From: Lepidodermella squamata
Lineage: Eukaryota > Animalia > Gastrotricha
Direction: 5' to 3'
Assembly: GCA_047495785.1 (NCBI GenBank)
Contig: JBLDXI010000054.1
Span: forward strand, 1,550,001 to 1,614,000
DNA length: 64,000 nt
This document shows, piece after piece, positions 1-11,530 of this stretch. Every line of letters begins with the position of its first letter. Position 1 is the first letter of the stretch. Under the pieces are notes generated by a model. That model worked only from the letters and a program-made list of their open reading frames with translations. It had not been told where the DNA came from and did no database searches. A program made the translations under genes and the position numbers.

Positions 1-2
1 AT

Positions 3-854
3 CCAGCCTCGTACGCAGCGCCCTTACATGATGCCTTGACAGCTTATGTTGTTTTCGAGTGCCTTCGAGGACAAATGGCCGTCGATTCGCTGAGCAGCAA
101 TTGGTTTCTAAGCAATCTGTTCAATTATTTCAGCGGTCGTTTCGACCTAGCCACCTACGCCTTCCTTTCTCACATTTATGGCAAGGCATTTGTACGTGGC
201 CATTGGAAGTACAGAAGAGCGACGTTGCAATACACACGAATGCGTAGCAATGTTCCACTTTGCGAAATGTCAACGGCGATGCATTGCCGCTACATATTAT
301 TTCAATATTCCTTGAAAAATATGATGGCCTCCCGTGACACCAAAGCGATCAAGACCACTCTGACGGCGATGAGATGTTTGCATGAGACACGGCGCTGTCT
401 TGGAAAAGAAATTGTACCTGCTATTGAATTTTTCGACCGTAGCAACAACGTTCTCGTGGGCCTATGTCATCGGCAATGTGCGAATTGCGTCGCCGGGAGG
501 ATGGATCCGCAGTTTTGCGATACCATCAATTACTTGTCTCTGCTTCTCAATAATTTCATTTCAATCTCGGCGGCCTATATCTTGCTGATGCGGGATGGAT
601 CTGGATCTTTTTACTGTGGAAGAACCACCGTTATCAGAACACGCTGGGCCAGGCATTGTAGCTTATTCATCGCCGCTCCTAATGATCCCAGTTTAGGCGA
701 TCGCGTGCATGCTAAACTGGCCAAGTACAACTCTTGTAACCTGCCGGCGAGGCCCTTCCACGGGCTAATGTGGCGCATCGCCGAGGGCTCGAAGCTGCCG
801 GATTTCGAAAGCTTCCTTCATCAACGGTTCCCTACTTGCCTTGGTATTAACTAA
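3..854 (+). CDS. 5'-truncated uncharacterised protein (terminal exon or single-exon gene)
   Basis: Frame is open from the window edge (PASYAAPLHDAL...) to TAA at 852-854, >280 codons, followed by AT-rich sequence. WFLSNLFNYFSGRFDLATYAFLS loosely resembles a degenerate F-box; no confident family. Confidence 0.55.
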   Translation, partial: PASYAAPLHDALTAYVVFECLRGQMAVDSLSSNWFLSNLFNYFSGRFDLATYAFLSHIYGKAFVRGHWKYRRATLQYTRMRSNVPLCEMSTAMHCRYILFQYSLKNMMASRDTKAIKTTLTAMRCLHETRRCLGKEIVPAIEFFDRSNNVLVGLCHRQCANCVAGRMDPQFCDTINYLSLLLNNFISISAAYILLMRDGSGSFYCGRTTVIRTRWARHCSLFIAAPNDPSLGDRVHAKLAKYNSCNLPARPFHGLMWRIAEGSKLPDFESFLHQRFPTCLGIN

Positions 855-1930
855 TTATTTCTGGCTGTTGTGAAAATACCGCAATTATTGCTACATTGTC
901 GAGTTGACTCATTTTTTCGACTTATTGACCTGAAATCTTCGTTATTAGCTGCCCACGTTATGCGTAAAACTCATAATTGAGCTGTTTATTATTTGGAGCC
1001 TTTCGTCGTTTTATTTTACTGCTGATACTGTCTTAAATCTTGATTTGTATATTTTTTTCATTCCATAAATGTCTCTCATTGCTATAAAAATAGCCGCGGG
1101 AATTTGAAAAAAAACTGCGAAGCTACACTTTCCAATTGTTGGAAACCATGCTCAAAAACATGTGAATATTTCAGACTTGTCAGTTACAATGATAACAGTT
1201 CACCTTTGTAAACGCACCCGGTTCTACTATCTAGCATCTTATCACTCGTCATTCTCCTTTTACTTGACGTTTTATAAATGTGAAGGCTTTGTTTCTCGGT
1301 TAATATTTCCATATAAACCAATTATGAAACCGAAAGAAAATATTCGCTCTGGTGTTGTGATAAGTGAGGCCAAATAAAAGTTTTCGGATGGAAATTTTCT
1401 TGTCTATTCAAGTGGATTTTTCACGGCCGTACAGCAGTCCTTCGATTATTTTCCTAATTCCAAAATGTCTGTAACTGGAAAAAATTCCGAAATAGTGTGT
1501 GTATGCGATTTCCAAAAAATCGTGAGTTTTTTTTCGAAATTTGCTCTCTGTTCGCTGTTGTCGATTGACTCGAAGTAGCGAAATTCGTCGAATCAGTTGT
1601 AGGCGATTAAAAAAGGACAGATGTCGTTTTCCAAAGTCGATAATCTAGTCTCTGGCGCTGTTCTACGAGAGTAAATAATTTTTATTATAAAATTGGATAT
1701 ATATTGGATATTATAAAACAGGAAAACAATTAATTAAAAACGAATTTTTGTGAGCCAAGCGCGCCGATTTTGTGGCATTACGCCTCTGAAAATAAGAAAA
1801 CGAGGATTCTAAGCTACCGTACAGCCCTTATTTTTCGCGCACCAAATATTATCGCGCAGATGCCTATTTTCACCCGGTTTAATTCGCGCGTTATATTTTC
1901 ACGCGGACATCTGTTGTCAGACTTGCCAAT

Positions 1931-2050
1931 TTTTCCAATTTTTTAAATTTTATCAATGATTTTTCCGATTTTTTAAATTTTATCAATCATTTCTTTCGAT
2001 TTTTTTATTATTCAATAAATTTCATCGATTTTTTCTTATTTTGTCAATAA
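1931..2050. repeat. degenerate ~30-bp AT-rich tandem repeat (~4 copies)
   Basis: Units like ttttcc(a/g)attttttaaattttatcaat(g/c)a repeated with decay. Confidence 0.6.
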
Positions 2051-2121
2051 GGGCATAAACCAGTGAACTCAAGTCCCACCTGCATCTCAATTTACGTAAG
2101 GCACGATACACCGCAACCCCT

Positions 2122-2151
2122 CAGACCCCTTAACCACTCGGGCATAGCGAC
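2122..2151 (-). pseudogene. tRNA(Ser/Leu)-like 5' fragment or SINE head
   Basis: Reverse complement GTCGCTATGCCCGAGTGGTTAAGGGG resembles a tRNA 5' half with a Pol III A-box; no cloverleaf or clear B-box follows. Confidence 0.4.
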
Positions 2152-2288
2152 TTCTGTAATATGGGTAGGGCTGAGCCCTGTTGTTTGAACAGCTGGCTTT
2201 CATACCGGTAGTTCGTTCTGCAACTAAATATACCTACCGCATTAATAGCAATATACCCCGGTACTCTAAATAGTAAATGGTGTTTTAA

Positions 2289-2412
2289 TCGAAACTAGTG
2301 CAGAAAAGCGCCCCGGCTCAGGCGAACCCGGTAAACCAGACAACTGAGAACCCTTGCAAAGGGCTCCCGAAGCTGGTTTCCCGGGCCCGCCTGGGCCGGG
2401 GCGCGGTTTCGA
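2289..2412. repeat. GC-rich imperfect palindrome (MITE-like)
   Basis: gcgccccggctcaggcgaacccggtaaaccag pairs with ctggtttcccgggcccgcctgggccggggcgc (4 mismatches); central cccttgcaaaggg hairpin; outer tcgaaac/gtttcga. Confidence 0.6.
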
Positions 2413-3229
2413 CACAAGTTCCATACTACTGAAGCGGAAAAGCGGCATAACTACGAGCTGGACGAGATGAGCTGAGCCGGAAAAATCATGGAACCACGTC
2501 TTTGGGTGAAGCGAGGATCGCCGCGCTGTCTGTTTTGCATATGCACAACAGTTTTATTGCGAAAACTCGATAACAGTGCAACGAATTTAGTGCTAAGAGA
2601 TCGCTCCCAGCTCGTGCAGCTAGTTTTTTTTGTCAAATTGCACGCGCGCACAGCTTTTTTTGCACAAAAGCAAATGTGCATATGCAAATAATTGACCAGA
2701 AAGTAACGTAACCCATCGTAGCATGGGGTCTCGGTACCATGACATAAGGGCGCCGGACATAAGGGCGAAAGGCAAAAGAGCGCCGGACATAAGGGCGAAA
2801 GGCAAAAGAGCGCCGGACAAAAGGGCGAAAGACCGAAGAGCGCAGACAAAAGGGCGCCGAGACAAAAGGGCGCCTGGACAAAAGGGCGCCGGGACAAAAG
2901 GGCGCCGGGACAAAAGGGCGCCTGATTTTTATGTATAACGAAGGCCTATTAGTTATTATTTTTTAAAACGATGGCTTTGCGACGCTTTTAGAGGAAACTA
3001 ATTGTTTTACAATGCGGAGTGTTGGCAAATATAACCCCTTCGCGAACCAGGTTCATCCCCAGGTCGATTTACCGGCTGATCGACGAGCGCCTTAGAGCCC
3101 TAGTCCCATTACAGGATAACCTGTTTGACTTTGAAAACCTATTCCCTAATTTAGACGCCATTTGGCATGTGCTAGATAATTAATTTTCAATTCGAATGAC
3201 CTTGTGCTAAATGATTTAATTCATTCGTA

Positions 3230-4324
3230 CATTTCCCCATCCGCCGGTGTTTCCTCCACGCGCGCATTCCTATTGGTTGGTTAAATTTACGCGTAACCGC
3301 AGGTCGCGCGCATTTATTGCGCAACAAATAATTGCAGCTTTCTACGCGCGCGCTTCAAAATCATAAGAAAACCACAAGTCAGCTAGCCCGAATTGAACAA
3401 GTCCAATGAAGCGCGCGCATCGAGAGTACATTTTTCAATTAGTACCAAGTTTTAAAAAATTGCAAATCAAGAAGATATCGTTAGCGTCGTTGAATTACTC
3501 GGATTTAGGCTTGTTTACATCCATTTCAAAGTGATAGGTGACAAGTAAAAAGTATTTTGTTTTTACCTCTCCATTCACGTTACAAAAGCCGTTTTTTACT
3601 TGTCACCTATCACTTTGAAATGGATGTAAACAAGCCTAAATCCGAGTTATTCAACGACGCTAACGATATGCGAGAAATAAGGATGACTTACAATCGACAG
3701 GGCGCTCAAAAATATTTCCTAGCAAAATATTTCCTAGCAACCACCATGGTTCATCATTTAATTATGTCGCTTTTATGAAATCGCAATTTTTCTAGATTTT
3801 TAGAAGCGCTTGAGTTTTGATCATTCCAAGTCATTTTTACATCCACTTCATATTATAAGCGGCTCAGGTAATGAGCGGTAACTTTTCAAACGCACAAACT
3901 TTCAAGGGCAAGAAAAAAATTTCAATCAATTCGATGTAGCGCGAAAATAATTAAACGGTTTTAGATATGTCTCAAGCTATATTTTGATGAAATTACCCCA
4001 AATTCACCGAAAAAAGCTCGTGCCATCGGTGCGCGCTTTCGCAATTTGTTGAAATTTGAATTTTGCGCGCGCAAAATTGTATATTTTATTCAATCGATAG
4101 GTAAATAAGAACAAAATACATGATAATCCGAATTTTTCAAGTTTTTCGGCAACAAAATCTGCCTTAATTTAAGCTTTTTTATTTTCTTGAAAGCATTTCG
4201 CTGACTCAGCGCAGGGCGCAGTCGTCTTTGCTGACTGAAGGCTGTAATTATCTTAGTTGTTGCGCAACAAGGCCCAGCCAATAGGAATGCGCGCGTGGAG
4301 GAAACACCGGCGGATGGGGAAATG
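3230..4324. mobile_element. MITE with ~47-bp perfect TIRs nested in the foldback element
   Basis: catttccccatccgccggtgtttcctccacgcgcgcattcctattgg at 3230 and its exact reverse complement ending at 4324; flanks TA/TG. Confidence 0.85.
3475..3669. mobile_element. 195-bp hairpin MITE nested in the 3230-4324 MITE
   Basis: ~77-bp near-perfect inverted arms (atatcgttagcgtcgttgaa... / ...ttcaacgacgctaacgatat) around a ~40-bp loop. Confidence 0.85.
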
Positions 4325-5587
4325 TGCAATTTATTCAGTCATTGATTGAAAATGGTTTGCTTCTCTTGCATGATTATAAATCTCAATCACGTAGATTTTA
4401 GGGTTTTATCATAACTTATTTTGCTTATTTTGTCTTCGGAAACCTTATAAAATCTTATAAAACTCACAATCGCATCAATTTCCGATTGCAGCATTACTAT
4501 AAAGTTTTACAACTGTGTTACTATAGGTATTTTCAATTTTCATGAACAAATCTATAATGAGTATAACAAAAATGACAAATAAGTGAACTGAATTCATCAA
4601 AAAGTTCAACCTGCCCCAGTCAATCCTACCTGACATTGTCATCTCAGTAATTAAGGACTCATGCAACATAATTAATAACCACCTGTACAACAAATAATTG
4701 TTAAACGTAAATACCCGTGTCTTTAGGCAATCTGATACTTAGTATTGAACGGAACATTGATTTTTAAATAACCTACTACTAAAAGTAATTGGTAATTTTA
4801 TCTGGCGCCCTTATGTCCTGCGCCCTTTTGTCCAGGCGCCCTTTTGTCTCGGCGCCCTTTTGTCTTGATGTAGCGCCCTTATGCCCTCGCGCCCTTTTGT
4901 CCGGCGCCCTTTCGTCTTTCGCTCTTAAGTCGGCGCCCTTATGTCTGCGCGCTTATGTCTGCGCCCTTATGTCATACCACGCAAAAAAAACTTTAGTCAC
5001 TACTTGATTAAAGCACCATTTACCACTATCAGTTCCGATGTAGTTGCCATAATAGACAACAAAATGTGACATTTCCGAAAAGTGACTCAAAAACACATCA
5101 ACAACACAGTTCAACAATTTTTTATTGAACTTCAATTTATTGCTGGTCAGAAACAGTGAGATGAGGGTTTTGATGATGCGTTTTCCTGTAAACATTTCGA
5201 ACGCCAGATGTGGGCCATCACTCACCATCTCATATTAGGTAGCAGCTATCGCGCGGCCTTGGCTAGCACCTGGTGCTAATTAAAACGCATTCATTCACGA
5301 AAACATAGGCCACCAGAAAGCTAAACATTCCACTCTCTACATGCTGGAGTATACACACCTACCAAATGTTTTACTACCTCTATTATAGTCAGGCATATTA
5401 TCTAGCTCTCCCATTCATAAGGAAATGATTCATTTTTCTCGAGCATTATAGCTACTGATTTCTCTCAAATTCAAAATACGCTTTATAATTTATGAATTTA
5501 TTTTAATTAATTTACTATGTTTTGTTCTAGAACATTTTACACCTTGAAATAATTTATAAATAATTTATTAAATAAAATTACAAGAAT

Positions 5588-7236
5588 ATGAGCGGATCCG
5601 ATCACCTCGCTCCAATAGCTCGTCAAGAAAGCGGGTTAAATTTGAATGAGACCGCCCCAGTTAAGGACAATGGCGTGAAATCGAAAAGTCCAACAAATTC
5701 TTGGCTGCGGGCCAAATTAGCCGAGCTGTATTCAGCCGAATTTAAACGGCTGAAAGGCGAATTTGAACGCATTTCGCACCTTGCATCGGATGAAATCAGC
5801 CGGAGTAGGGCTATGAACGAGGCGATGAAGCTGGAACAGGACAACGAGCGGCAAATTGAGATGCAGGCCGAGTTGGTTCAGCAAAATTTAAAAAGTGACC
5901 TGTTGAATGGCCAGGTTCAGGAAATTAACAAGCTGATGGCTGTCATGAAAACACAGTTCGAACTTCGCTTGTCGAAAATTGTCGAAAAAGGTAAAAAAAT
6001 AGAAATAATAAGAATAAAAATATAATTAAGGAGGATTTGTTATATTTTTTCATTCATTATATTTTTCAAAAAATTCGCTATTTTCTATTCTCCGAAAAAT
6101 TGTAAACTTTTGTAAAAAAAAATAGAAATAATTTTAGGCTAGATTTATTTTTCCAACAATAACTAAAATTTAATGAAGTTTAATTGGATTTTTTTAATTT
6201 CACTGATCTAAGCAATTACAGTTCAATTTTTTTGCCAACAGAGGCCAAGCGTGACGGCATTTTAGAAACTTTGGCTAACGAGGAATCTCGAGCCATCTGC
6301 AAGGCTAGCTTTGAACGGCTCGGCAAGCTGCTGTTTATTCCTAGCGTCGATAAAATCGCTTGGTCTCAAGCTGCCAAAAATTTATTCGGAAATGCCGTAG
6401 AATCGATTTACACAAAAAGGTAAGTATTCTGATTCGGGGTCTAATTTTTTTATTTTTGGCATTTTTTAATAGCTCACTTTATGAGCCGCATCTCGGCACT
6501 TTACTCGCTCATTGCCATGATTTCGATCGATTTATGGCTTATTCACAAAAGGTGTGTAGCTTGATAAAAATCGAATTTTTGATTTCAAGTTTTCGGATTT
6601 CCAGAGATTCGCCAAGTACATGTGTACGGAAACTGATTTCGACGCTGCTGTTCAACATTTTATTATTGGTACCTTATTTCGAGCCCTGGGTAAGTCTCTA
6701 TAGTCAACTCCGAAATTTTTATTGATATTTTTTTAAATTTGCCTAGACGGCTTGAACAAGGTGTCTGGATGCAAGATTTTGACTGATTTTAAAGTTAAGG
6801 ATGATCTCATTGGATATGATGGCAAGGCGGAATTCGCGGTTAAAATCGACGATAAAATCTCAGCTCTCATCGTCAAAATTGATCTCGGCGAAAGTTTGGA
6901 ATCAGGACATAGCCGCCTCCTTGCCTTGCTGGAATCCCAAAAACTGGTAAAAAAGATCAAGAAAATTCCCTTAATTTTTTGCTGAATTTTTAAACAATTT
7001 CATAGGCGGAGCTAAGCTTGAAGCAAAGCATTGGCAGTAAATTTTCTTATGGAATGGTGACGACCGGCCAGTATTGGGAGCTAATCCGCCTCAATCATTC
7101 AAGCGGCGAAATAAACGTTTCCGAAACTCTCGGCCCCATCGACATCAACTACTGCGAGCCTGGGCTAGAAAACGAAAACGTCCTGCCGCTTTGTCGCAAC
7201 ATTCTCGGCATGCTTGAAGAAGCTACTAAAAGCTAA
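5588..7236 (+). CDS. coiled-coil + PD-(D/E)xK restriction-endonuclease-like protein, probably catalytically degenerate (391 aa, 6 exons)
   Basis: Exons 5588-5990, 6242-6419, 6473-6551, 6605-6689, 6747-6946, 7006-7236 join in frame through GT-AG introns. C-terminal motifs GKAEFAV / LIVKID / GHSRL / YGMVTTGQYWELIRL follow the GxxD / ExK / GxxQ / YGxVTTGxxW pattern of HsdR-N/CR-REase-type domains. Confidence 0.75.
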
Positions 7237-7654
7237 AAAATTATCTGCATTGAAAAGTCGTTGAAAATAAATTAATTAATAACAAGTGAAACCAATGATT
7301 TTGCAAAAAAATGATAAAAAAACAGCAAAAGCGCAGAACAGGAAACGCAACAAAAAATAGAATTTTTTTTAACTTGCGACATAACAGCAAAAACAAAATA
7401 AATCTTTGAAAATGAAAAAGTTGCTGTTTTGTCGCTTTTGCTGTTTTTGGTATTTTCTGTTATGGCTATCTGCCGAAAAAAACGAGTAAAAAATATCTCG
7501 CACTCGTTATTATTGTTAAGGGTGGTTGCAGTCATTGTTCGAGAGCAACGGTAACAATAGAGCCTCTCGCAGTTAAATATTAATAAGCCCACCTTTCAAT
7601 GCATCAGAAATAGCCACGCTTTAATTCACACCCAATTTAAGCTTGGAAATTAGA

Positions 7655-7948
7655 ATGAATTTTTCAAAATTTTACTTATTATTAGTCACCCTTCTAATTA
7701 GTACGGTAGATCCTATTAGCGCCTGTACTACACCCGGGCCGAAAAATATCGATCATTATTTCGTAGATGTTCAAAGCTTCAATGGAACAGGCTATAAACG
7801 AATTGTTATCGGGCCGAAAAAGCTGGGCGTAAATCGGGAGTTTCAACGCGTGGCGAGCGGCATCGACTCGGTGGCAGCTTTCGATAGCTGGAACGCGTTT
7901 CAGGACTATCAGGCTAAAATGCGAGATTATATGAACGATTTGTATTAG
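7655..7948 (+). CDS. small secreted orphan protein (~97 aa)
   Basis: ATG at 7655, hydrophobic signal peptide MNFSKFYLLLVTLLISTVDPISA, NGT sequon, AATAAA ~50 nt after the stop. The 3' end could involve another intron. Confidence 0.6.
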   Translation: MNFSKFYLLLVTLLISTVDPISACTTPGPKNIDHYFVDVQSFNGTGYKRIVIGPKKLGVNREFQRVASGIDSVAAFDSWNAFQDYQAKMRDYMNDLY

Positions 7949-8313
7949 ATTTCAACTGAAATTTTAGCCGGTGGCTTTGAAATGTATTTCCCAAAATAAA
8001 ATCGTTTAAAAATTAAGAGTAATTTAAGCGTTTTTACTTGTTTTGCTCAATTGTCGCATGCTCAAATGTCCTTTTCGACTATATCGAATTTAACGGAAAA
8101 CTGACGGAAGGTATAAGTAATTTTTCCTTATTTTTTTAATTGCCCACTAATTCCCGAAAAATTGCCATTCTGGCTCTTATGTCATTGCTAATTTGTCGCT
8201 AATTAAAAAAATTATTAATGTTCATCAGGAATTTTATTTAAATTTTCGAAATTAAATTTCCAAGCTGTGAAATAAGAAAATATTTTTTTCCGATTTACTT
8301 CAACAAAACAATT

Positions 8314-11300
8314 TCAAAAGCCGTCCGTGTATCCCTGAGGCTGTCTCGGATCGCTCATAGCTCGAACAATAGGCCTGCTAGTATCCGGGTCCAAAATTCT
8401 CTCAACAGCTTGAATGATCGAAAAATAACTGCCGCCATTCACCGTTTGATTCTTGTGACCGTATTGATTCTTCAAAATTTCCAACAAATTCACCGGGACA
8501 TTACCGTCACGCTCGAATTGAATAGCCTCCGGGTACAACTGGTGATGAATTCGAGCCGCGTCGATGGACTCCTTCAAATCTTGGCCGAAAAACAGATTTC
8601 TCATCGCGATTGTCGCGACGCCAGATGTAATTTTGCTGCCTCCGGCGCCGCCGATAATTAACCGAACTGAGTAATTAGGGTCATCGCTGTCGGTTTTGTG
8701 GACGAATATCGACGGGCACATGGAGGAGATGGGACGTTTACCGGGTTTGATAGCATTTTCGCGGCTTTGAACCAAGCCCCAAGAGTTGGGCTTTTTCGAT
8801 GTTGAAAAATCGTCCATTTCATTGTTGAATATTATACCTGTTCGTTTTCCAATAATGCAGCTTCCGAAGCTAGAAAAAGTGAAAACAATTGAAAATTTTG
8901 AGCTAATAATAATTATGAAAAATATTAGTAAATAAATTAGTTAATAGGAAAATATTTAGGAATTTTCTGAACCATTAAAATTTGTACATTTTCAAAGAAA
9001 GCAGCAGGGCATGTCTCTTTGAAGTACAGTGTCCGAAATTAGGTCAAATAGGGATCCACCGTAATTTTTAATTTTTCCAATAATTAACGAAAATTAAAAT
9101 GAAGTCCGAAAGCGATCGAAAACTTTATTCTAAATTTTGTCCGAAATTAGGTCAAAATACCCAAGCGTTCATTTTTGATCCCGCTCCCGAATTACGTATG
9201 CAAGCAATAAAAAATTGAAAATTATGAAATAAATTATGAAAATTCCATTTTTTTCAATTTATGAACAAAAACGTGGCAAACATACTATGTATTAATTGTT
9301 GTAGTAACAGCAACCGCATTTCCAGCGCTATCAATAATCGAAATATGCGATGTCCCGGCCGTCCTCGGCTGCTGGTACACATCAGGCGAGTAATTTCGCG
9401 TCGGCTGGGTCGACGAATCATTAATCAGGCCGCGGATAAAATCCCCGAAATTCACTGACGTCAAATTCGCCACGAAATCGCTCATTTCCGGCACAAAAGA
9501 ACTATCACCCATAAAAGTTCGCTTTGCATAGGCAAATTTGAACGTTTCGATTAAACGGTGGTAAGTCAGTGGGTTTAATTCGTCTTCTTGGTCCATTTTG
9601 TAACCAGATAGGACATTAAGCATGAAGGCGAGAATCGCGCCACTGCCAGGTGGTCGCATGCTGAACATTTTAAGGCCGTCATCTCGGTTCGGAAATTCGA
9701 ATTCGACAGGTTGGCGCCATTCGACTTTGTAGTTTTTGAGATCTTCATTTGTGATTGGCGATCCGGCTTCTTGGAGATCGGCGCTTATATCGTCGGCTAA
9801 TGCACCGGTGTAGTAGTCACTTGCGCCATTTTCGGCGATTCTGCTGAAGGTTTCGGCTAATTTTGGGCAATAGACAGTCTCGCCAGTTCGATACAATTTT
9901 TTCGTCTGAGGATTCCACGTACGCGTCCTTAAGAATGGAAAATTAAACCAATAATTTATTCATTTGGAAAAATCGCATTCGGATTTTACGCGAAATTTCA
10001 TGGCTTTGAAAATTTGAAAATTCGAAATTTCAAATTTTTTCAATTTTTTAAATATAATTTATATGCTAACCCTTTAATACTTCCTGAAATCTCCCTTTCC
10101 CTTCCAGCCCTTTAAGAACTTGTCCATTTTTTTGTTATTTGTAAATTTCAAATTTTTCTGAATTTTTCATTGTCGATGAAACAACTTACAGGAATTCTTG
10201 GAAGCGTGGCTCATTTTTGTGGGAAATGAAATCAGGATCGCTGTGGATTTCATCGATTCCTATCTCGACAGATTTCGAAACTTTGAAGCCCTCTCGGCAT
10301 AGCTTTATTGAAGGTTCAAACAGGCTTTTCCAGGACAATAAGCCAAATTTTGCGTGAATTTCCCCCAGACCAGCCAGGGTACCAGGTACTGCAATCGCAT
10401 GAGGCCCTTAAAAAAAATCACAAAAATAGGGATTTTTCGCGAAAAGTGTGACTTTTCCAGAATTAGAATCCAAAAAGTGCGAAATTTGTAGGATTTTTTA
10501 AATTTTTAGAAAATTAAAATACTATCGAAAAATTACCATAAACCGAGCTGATTTTTCCATTTTCGAACATGTCCTCTGTGGCGGCTAAATACGCCACCTC
10601 CCTAGCATCCACCGTGTAGGCCTGCTGGTTTTTCTGGTCCCAAATTGTGATGAAAGACCCACCGCCGATGCCACTGAAGTGCAAATTGACGACATTATCG
10701 CAGATGATAGCGGCCACAGCTGCATCAACAGCTGCATCAACAGCTGAACCACCCCGGCCTAAAATATCGGTACCGTTTTCGGAACAAATGCCAGAATCTG
10801 CGGCTACAGCTGCGTATCGATAAATGCCCATGGGCGAAGACGAGACTGGAAAATATTAAAAAATTACAATAAATTCAAATTAAATACGTTAATTGAAAAA
10901 TAAAAAATTCCAACTTAAGAATGTATTTTTTCAAATTTTCCTACAAAATTGAATACGTTGAACAAAATTGAACATATTCATTAGTTTTGATTTTTGACCA
11001 ACCTTGATTGAAATCACTTGCAATATTCGGTGTGCGTGTTGTCATTTTAACGCATTTCCCAGGTGCGCTCCAGTTGATTGACCTGACCCCGCACGTGACC
11101 ACACTCGCGCCTATTAGCTTGTAACCCGGGTCACACACAACCCGCCTCTGAGCTCCAGTTCGCGAGTCCCCAAATAAAACATGGCCATTCTGAACCACTG
11201 GTGCCCGGCCACACGTTGGCGTGCAAAAACCGAAACGGCCTTGAGACCAATTGCCGTCGGATTCGCAATTTCGAGATCGAAGGTAGTCAGGCGTGAAATA

Positions 11301-11530
11301 GCCGTCGTAGCATGAAATATTCACCGCCGACCCGGGGCTGATTGTCGAATTTAGCGGCAATACCACACCTGTTCGGCCGTGAATATAGATGCCATTCAAT
11401 AAATCAGGCAAGGGACACGTCTGAAAATTCGAAATGAAAGCCAGGTAATAAATTAACGACTAATTTTGCTCACCCTAGCGTGGGAAAAAGCGAAAAATTG
11501 TAGAAATAAAACAAATTTTGATGTTAACAT
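8314..11530 (-). CDS. GGT: secreted Sushi(CCP)x2 - gamma-glutamyl transpeptidase (glutathione hydrolase), paralog 1
   Basis: Signal exon 11530-11474 (MLTSKFVLFLQFFAFSHAR); exon 11420-11003 has two 4-Cys/W CCP modules; then GGT motifs GGSAVDAA, GIGGG, DAREVA, AVPG, nucleophile GTSH, TTTIN, NNEMDDFS, PISSMCP, GAGGS. Splice phases checked in frame. Confidence 0.92.
9025..9160. repeat. Tc1/mariner-like end fragment with 19-bp direct repeat in a GGT intron
   Basis: tacagtgtccgaaattaggtcaaa at 9025; tgtccgaaattaggtcaaa repeated at ~9139. Confidence 0.4.

Larger units (their letters stand above)
2739..4975. mobile_element. Foldback/Mutator-like non-autonomous element with inverted tandem-repeat termini
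   Basis: Left array of gaca(t/a)aagggcgc units (2739-2925) faces an inverted array of gcgccctt(a/t)tgtc units (4800-4975). An internal fragment at ~2990-3183 reads PRSIYRLIDERLRALV...LFPNLDAIWHVL*, resembling a MULE transposase C-terminus. No TSD found. Confidence 0.7.

Noticed and set aside
2451-2938. Overlapping repetitive ORFs (SRRPFV..., RAPDIRAKGK...) and a CRISPR-like look of the array
   Set aside because: These are products of the transposon terminal tandem repeat; there are no unique spacers or cas genes, and the context is eukaryotic.
4789-5007. ORF over the right-hand repeat array
   Set aside because: Reverse-complement copy of the same terminal repeat.
6360-6725. 121-aa ORF as a separate gene
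   Set aside because: It runs through introns of the 5588-7236 gene; the true exon 4 is in another frame.
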